This document shows positions 59,816 to 64,000 of a DNA stretch of 64,000 bases, piece by piece (the stretch's first letter is position 1; each line of letters opens with the position of its first letter). The notes below the pieces were generated by a model. That model was not told the origin of the DNA, did not search any database, and saw only the letters and a program-made list of their open reading frames with translations. Origin of the DNA: Eledone cirrhosa (taxonomy: Eukaryota). Made by a program: the position numbers and the translations under genes. The stretch is from NCBI GenBank assembly GCA_964016885.1, contig OZ024756.1, positions 29,636,001 through 29,700,000 of the forward strand, written 5' to 3'.

Positions 59816-60005
59816 CCCATATTAGAGGACAATTGGAAGAAGGCTTTTAGTGACCAGAGTGGCCGTGGCTTTTAGTGACCAGGGTGGTCGTGGCTTCTAG
59901 TGGACCTTTCTACGAGTGGTCCTCGGAAGTCTCCGTCTCATTTCGATGGGGGAATTTTTCTTTGAATTTAATTGTAACCCCCTTTTTTTTTTTTTTTTGT
60001 TATTT

Positions 60006-60205
60006 NNNNNNNNNNNNNNNNNNNNNNNNNNNNNNNNNNNNNNNNNNNNNNNNNNNNNNNNNNNNNNNNNNNNNNNNNNNNNNNNNNNNNNNNNNNNNNN
60101 NNNNNNNNNNNNNNNNNNNNNNNNNNNNNNNNNNNNNNNNNNNNNNNNNNNNNNNNNNNNNNNNNNNNNNNNNNNNNNNNNNNNNNNNNNNNNNNNNNNN
60201 NNNNN
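60006..60205. other. Assembly gap
   Basis: Run of 200 N. Confidence 1.
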
Positions 60206-60478
60206 AAACCCAAACCCTACCGTCGCGTACCCTCTCGATATCTTTGTAAACCCCTGTGCTTGATAAAAGAAGCCATTAAAGGTCCTTATCACTATACAAA
60301 TTTATCAAGTGTCTTCTTTGTGTAACGGCCCTGACCCACCTGGCTTGCATTTAGAGAGCTTTGTCTTGTTTAGTTAACGACGACACGATTTTGCAGCAGC
60401 ACCCCCCCCCCCACACTTGCACCTACCACACCTCCCCTGCACCACACACCCCGTCCCCACTCTCTGCCCACACCCTCA

Positions 60479-60582
<104 letters not shown>

Positions 60583-61076
60583 ACACACATACACACACAT
60601 ACACACCCTTCCCACTGCCTCGTTTTGTCGTTTCATGTAATTGTGTGATACAAAATGAAATTGAATGCTATTAGCCCCCTAGTGACTAAATAAAGGAACA
60701 GTCACCACCGCCGCCGCCGCCACCACCAAAACCGCCACCACCGCCACCTCCACCACCAGCATCACCATCATCACTATTATTATTATTGTTATTATTTCAT
60801 TCATTCTTCACAATACATCAAAAAACCGAACATCAATTCCTCCAATTATCACAATTCGATCTCTGTGTCATTGTCACTATCCCTCTTTATCTCTCTATCT
60901 AACCCCTCCCCCTCTCTATCTCTCCTCTTTCTCCATCTCTCTCTGTCTCTCCCCTCTCTGTCTCTCCACCCCTCTCTCGCTTTCTTTCTCTCTCTCTCTC
61001 GCTTTCTTTCTCTCTCTCTCTCTCTCTCTGTCTCCCCCCCCCTCTCTCTCTCTCTCTCTCCATCTCTCTCTGTCTC

Positions 61077-61130
<54 letters not shown>

Positions 61131-61172
61131 TCTTTCTCCATATCTCTCTGTCTCTCCCCTCTCTGTCTCTCC

Positions 61173-61218
<46 letters not shown>

Positions 61219-61815
61219 TTCTTTCTCTCTCTCTCTCTCCCTCTTTCTCTCTCTCTCTCTCTGTCTCTCCTCTCTCTGTCTCCCCCCTCTCTCTCTCGCT
61301 TTCTTTCTCTCTGTCTCTCTCTCTCTTCCCCCCTCTTTCTCCATCTCTCCCTGTCCCCCCCTCTCTATCTATCTATCAATCAATCAACCTATATACCTCT
61401 CTCTGTCTGTCTGATTGTCAATCTCTATCTATCTATCTATCTATCTCTCTATCTCTCTATCTATCTATCTACCTTTTTATTGTATGTAAACTTCCCCCTT
61501 TGTATTTGTCCCCTTCTTTTGTGCCCCTGTGGCTAATAAAGAAACATATCTATATATCTATCTACCTATCTATCTCTACCTCTCCCTACACCCCATTCTC
61601 TCTCATCCTTCCTCCCCTATTCTTCATACATCACAATACATCAAGGTGTCGTATTCGATTCTTCCTAAGGAACCATTCTTTCCTCCTCTCTCTCATTCTT
61701 TCTTAACCTCTTTCTCCATCTCCTTTTTTTCTCATCCCTGCATACATATGTATATAAATATGTATATAAATATGTATATAAATATGTATATAAATATGTA
61801 TATAAATATTTATGG

Positions 61816-61856
<41 letters not shown>

Positions 61857-61859
61857 CAT

Positions 61860-61913
<54 letters not shown>

Positions 61914-61962
61914 ATGTATATATATATATATGTATATAAATATGTATATAAATATGGTTATA

Positions 61963-62060
<98 letters not shown>

Positions 62061-62107
62061 ATATATATATAATATGTATACATATATATATATGTATATA
62101 AATATGG

Positions 62108-62203
<96 letters not shown>

Positions 62204-62276
62204 GCGTATATATATATATATATATGTATATAAATATGTATATATATATGTGTATATATATATGTATATAAATATG

Positions 62277-62334
<58 letters not shown>

Positions 62335-62355
62335 CACATATATATATATATACAT

Positions 62356-62410
<55 letters not shown>

Positions 62411-62751
62411 CACATATACCAACCCAATCCATTTCATCGGATTTCCAACATCTCCGCCCACACACCCCACACATCCACCTCATATACACATTTTCTTAAA
62501 CGGTTCCTTTTATCCTGCACTCTTTAACCTGTTGTCACCCATTGTTGTCATTGCTGCTCCTGCTGCTTCTTCTTCTTCTCCTCCTCCCCCTGCTCCCCCC
62601 CCCCCGCCTCCTCCTCCTTGAATAGAAACATCATGTTAGGGACACCGACGACATCAGTCTCTGCAGATTGTGAAGTCCTGTGAAAACAATGAGCGCTGTC
62701 CAGGCAACAATCTCTACCATTTCAAAATGTCTGTAAAAATAGTGCGCACTC

Positions 62752-63660
62752 TCCTTTCCTCCAGATCTACCAGATGTTAATCTTTCCAGTGTATGAGGAC
62801 CTGGGAAAATCCTGCGCGCCATTCCTTTCCTCCAGATCTACCAGATGTTAATCTTTCCAGTGTATGAGGAGCTGGGAAAATCCTGCGCGCCATCCCTTCC
62901 TCCAGATCTACCAGATGTTAATCTTTCCAGTGTATGAGGACCTGGGAAAATCCTGCGCGCCATCCCTTCCTCCAGATCTACCAGATGTTAATCTTTCCAG
63001 TGTATGAGGACCTGGGAAAATCCTGCGCGCCATCCCTTCCTCCAGATCTACCAGATGTTAATCTTTCCAGTGTATGAGGAGCTGGGAAAATCCTGCGCGC
63101 CATCCCTTTCCTCCAGATCTACCAGATGTTAATCTTTCCAGTGTTTGAGGACCTGGGAAAATCCTGCGCGCCATTCCTTTCCTCCAGATCTACCAGATGT
63201 TAATCTTTCCAGTGTATGAGGACCTGGGAAAATCCTGCGCGCCATCCCTTCCTCCAGATCTACCAGATGTTAATCTTTCCAGTGTATGAGGAGCTAGGAA
63301 AATCCTGCGCGCCATCCCTTTCCTCCAGATCTACCAGATGTTAATCTTTCCAGTGTATGAGGAGCTGGGAAAATCCTGCGCGCCATCCCTTTCCTCCAGA
63401 TCTACCAGATGTCAATCTTTCCAGTGTATGAGGACCTGGGAAAATCCTGCGCGCCATCCCTTCCTCCAGATCTACCAGATGTCAATCTTTCCAGTGTATG
63501 AGGACCTGGGAAAATCCTGCGCGCTATCCCATCCCTTCCTCCAGATCTACCAGATGTCAATCCTTCCAGACTATGAAGCCCTCTGAAAATCGTGGCTACT
63601 GTCCCTTTCTCCAGATCTACCACAGGTCAATCATTCCAGAGTATGAAGGCCGGTGAAAAT
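62752..63660. repeat. ~70-bp minisatellite, ~12 copies
   Basis: Unit CCTTCCTCCAGATCTACCAGATGTTAATCTTTCCAGTGTATGAGGACCTGGGAAAATCCTGCGCGCCATC. Confidence 0.97.
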
Positions 63661-64000
63661 TGTGGACGCTGTCCCTTCCTCTAGAGTGGTCACCCACCCC
63701 TAAAAGAATCGAATATCTTAGTATACTATATAAACTTTCTGTTGGAGTTTCCAATTTGGAGAACAAAACAAGGCCTTTTCTTCCCCAACACCACCAGCAG
63801 CAACAGCACCAGCACCAGCACTATCATTGCCACAAAGACCACAACAACTAGCCACCACCACCACCACCACCACCAACACAATTCCCTCACCATCAATACC
63901 ACCACCACCTCCATTAACTCAACGACCACAACAACGACGACAACGGCGGCCACCACCACCACCACCACCACCACCACCACTACCACCACCACCACCACCA

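Noticed and set aside
59875-60292. ORFs spanning the N run
   Set aside because: Artefact of the assembly gap

Overview
Eukaryotic, very repeat-dense non-coding window with no supportable host protein-coding exon. The microsatellite spectrum and SINE types suggest an octopus or coleoid cephalopod genome (inference). Most of the window is (TA)n, (CA)n, (GA)n, (CCAA)n, (TATG)n and triplet microsatellites. It also holds about 15 copies of a tRNA-derived SINE, RTE-type LINE remnants (one 1.1-kb RT fragment), an RNase H remnant, three DNA-transposon MITEs, several minisatellites and a 200-N gap. The main signal is that many of the short unique islands inside the (TA)n tracts are 3' ends of Penelope-like elements (PLEs). 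About a dozen carry type-I hammerhead ribozyme (HHR) folds read by eye (CUGAnGA...GAAA, short palindromic stem III, often a long stem II). Many are fold-back palindromes whose centre falls in or next to the ribozyme, and one centres at the predicted cleavage site. Unrelated families share a GAGTRC motif 40-80 nt before the 3' (TA)n junction. One island still encodes the PLE GIY-YIG endonuclease. HHRs in PLEs are established knowledge; the fold-back geometry, shared motif and TA targeting are my observations and inferences. Coordinates were hand-read and may be off by a few nt.
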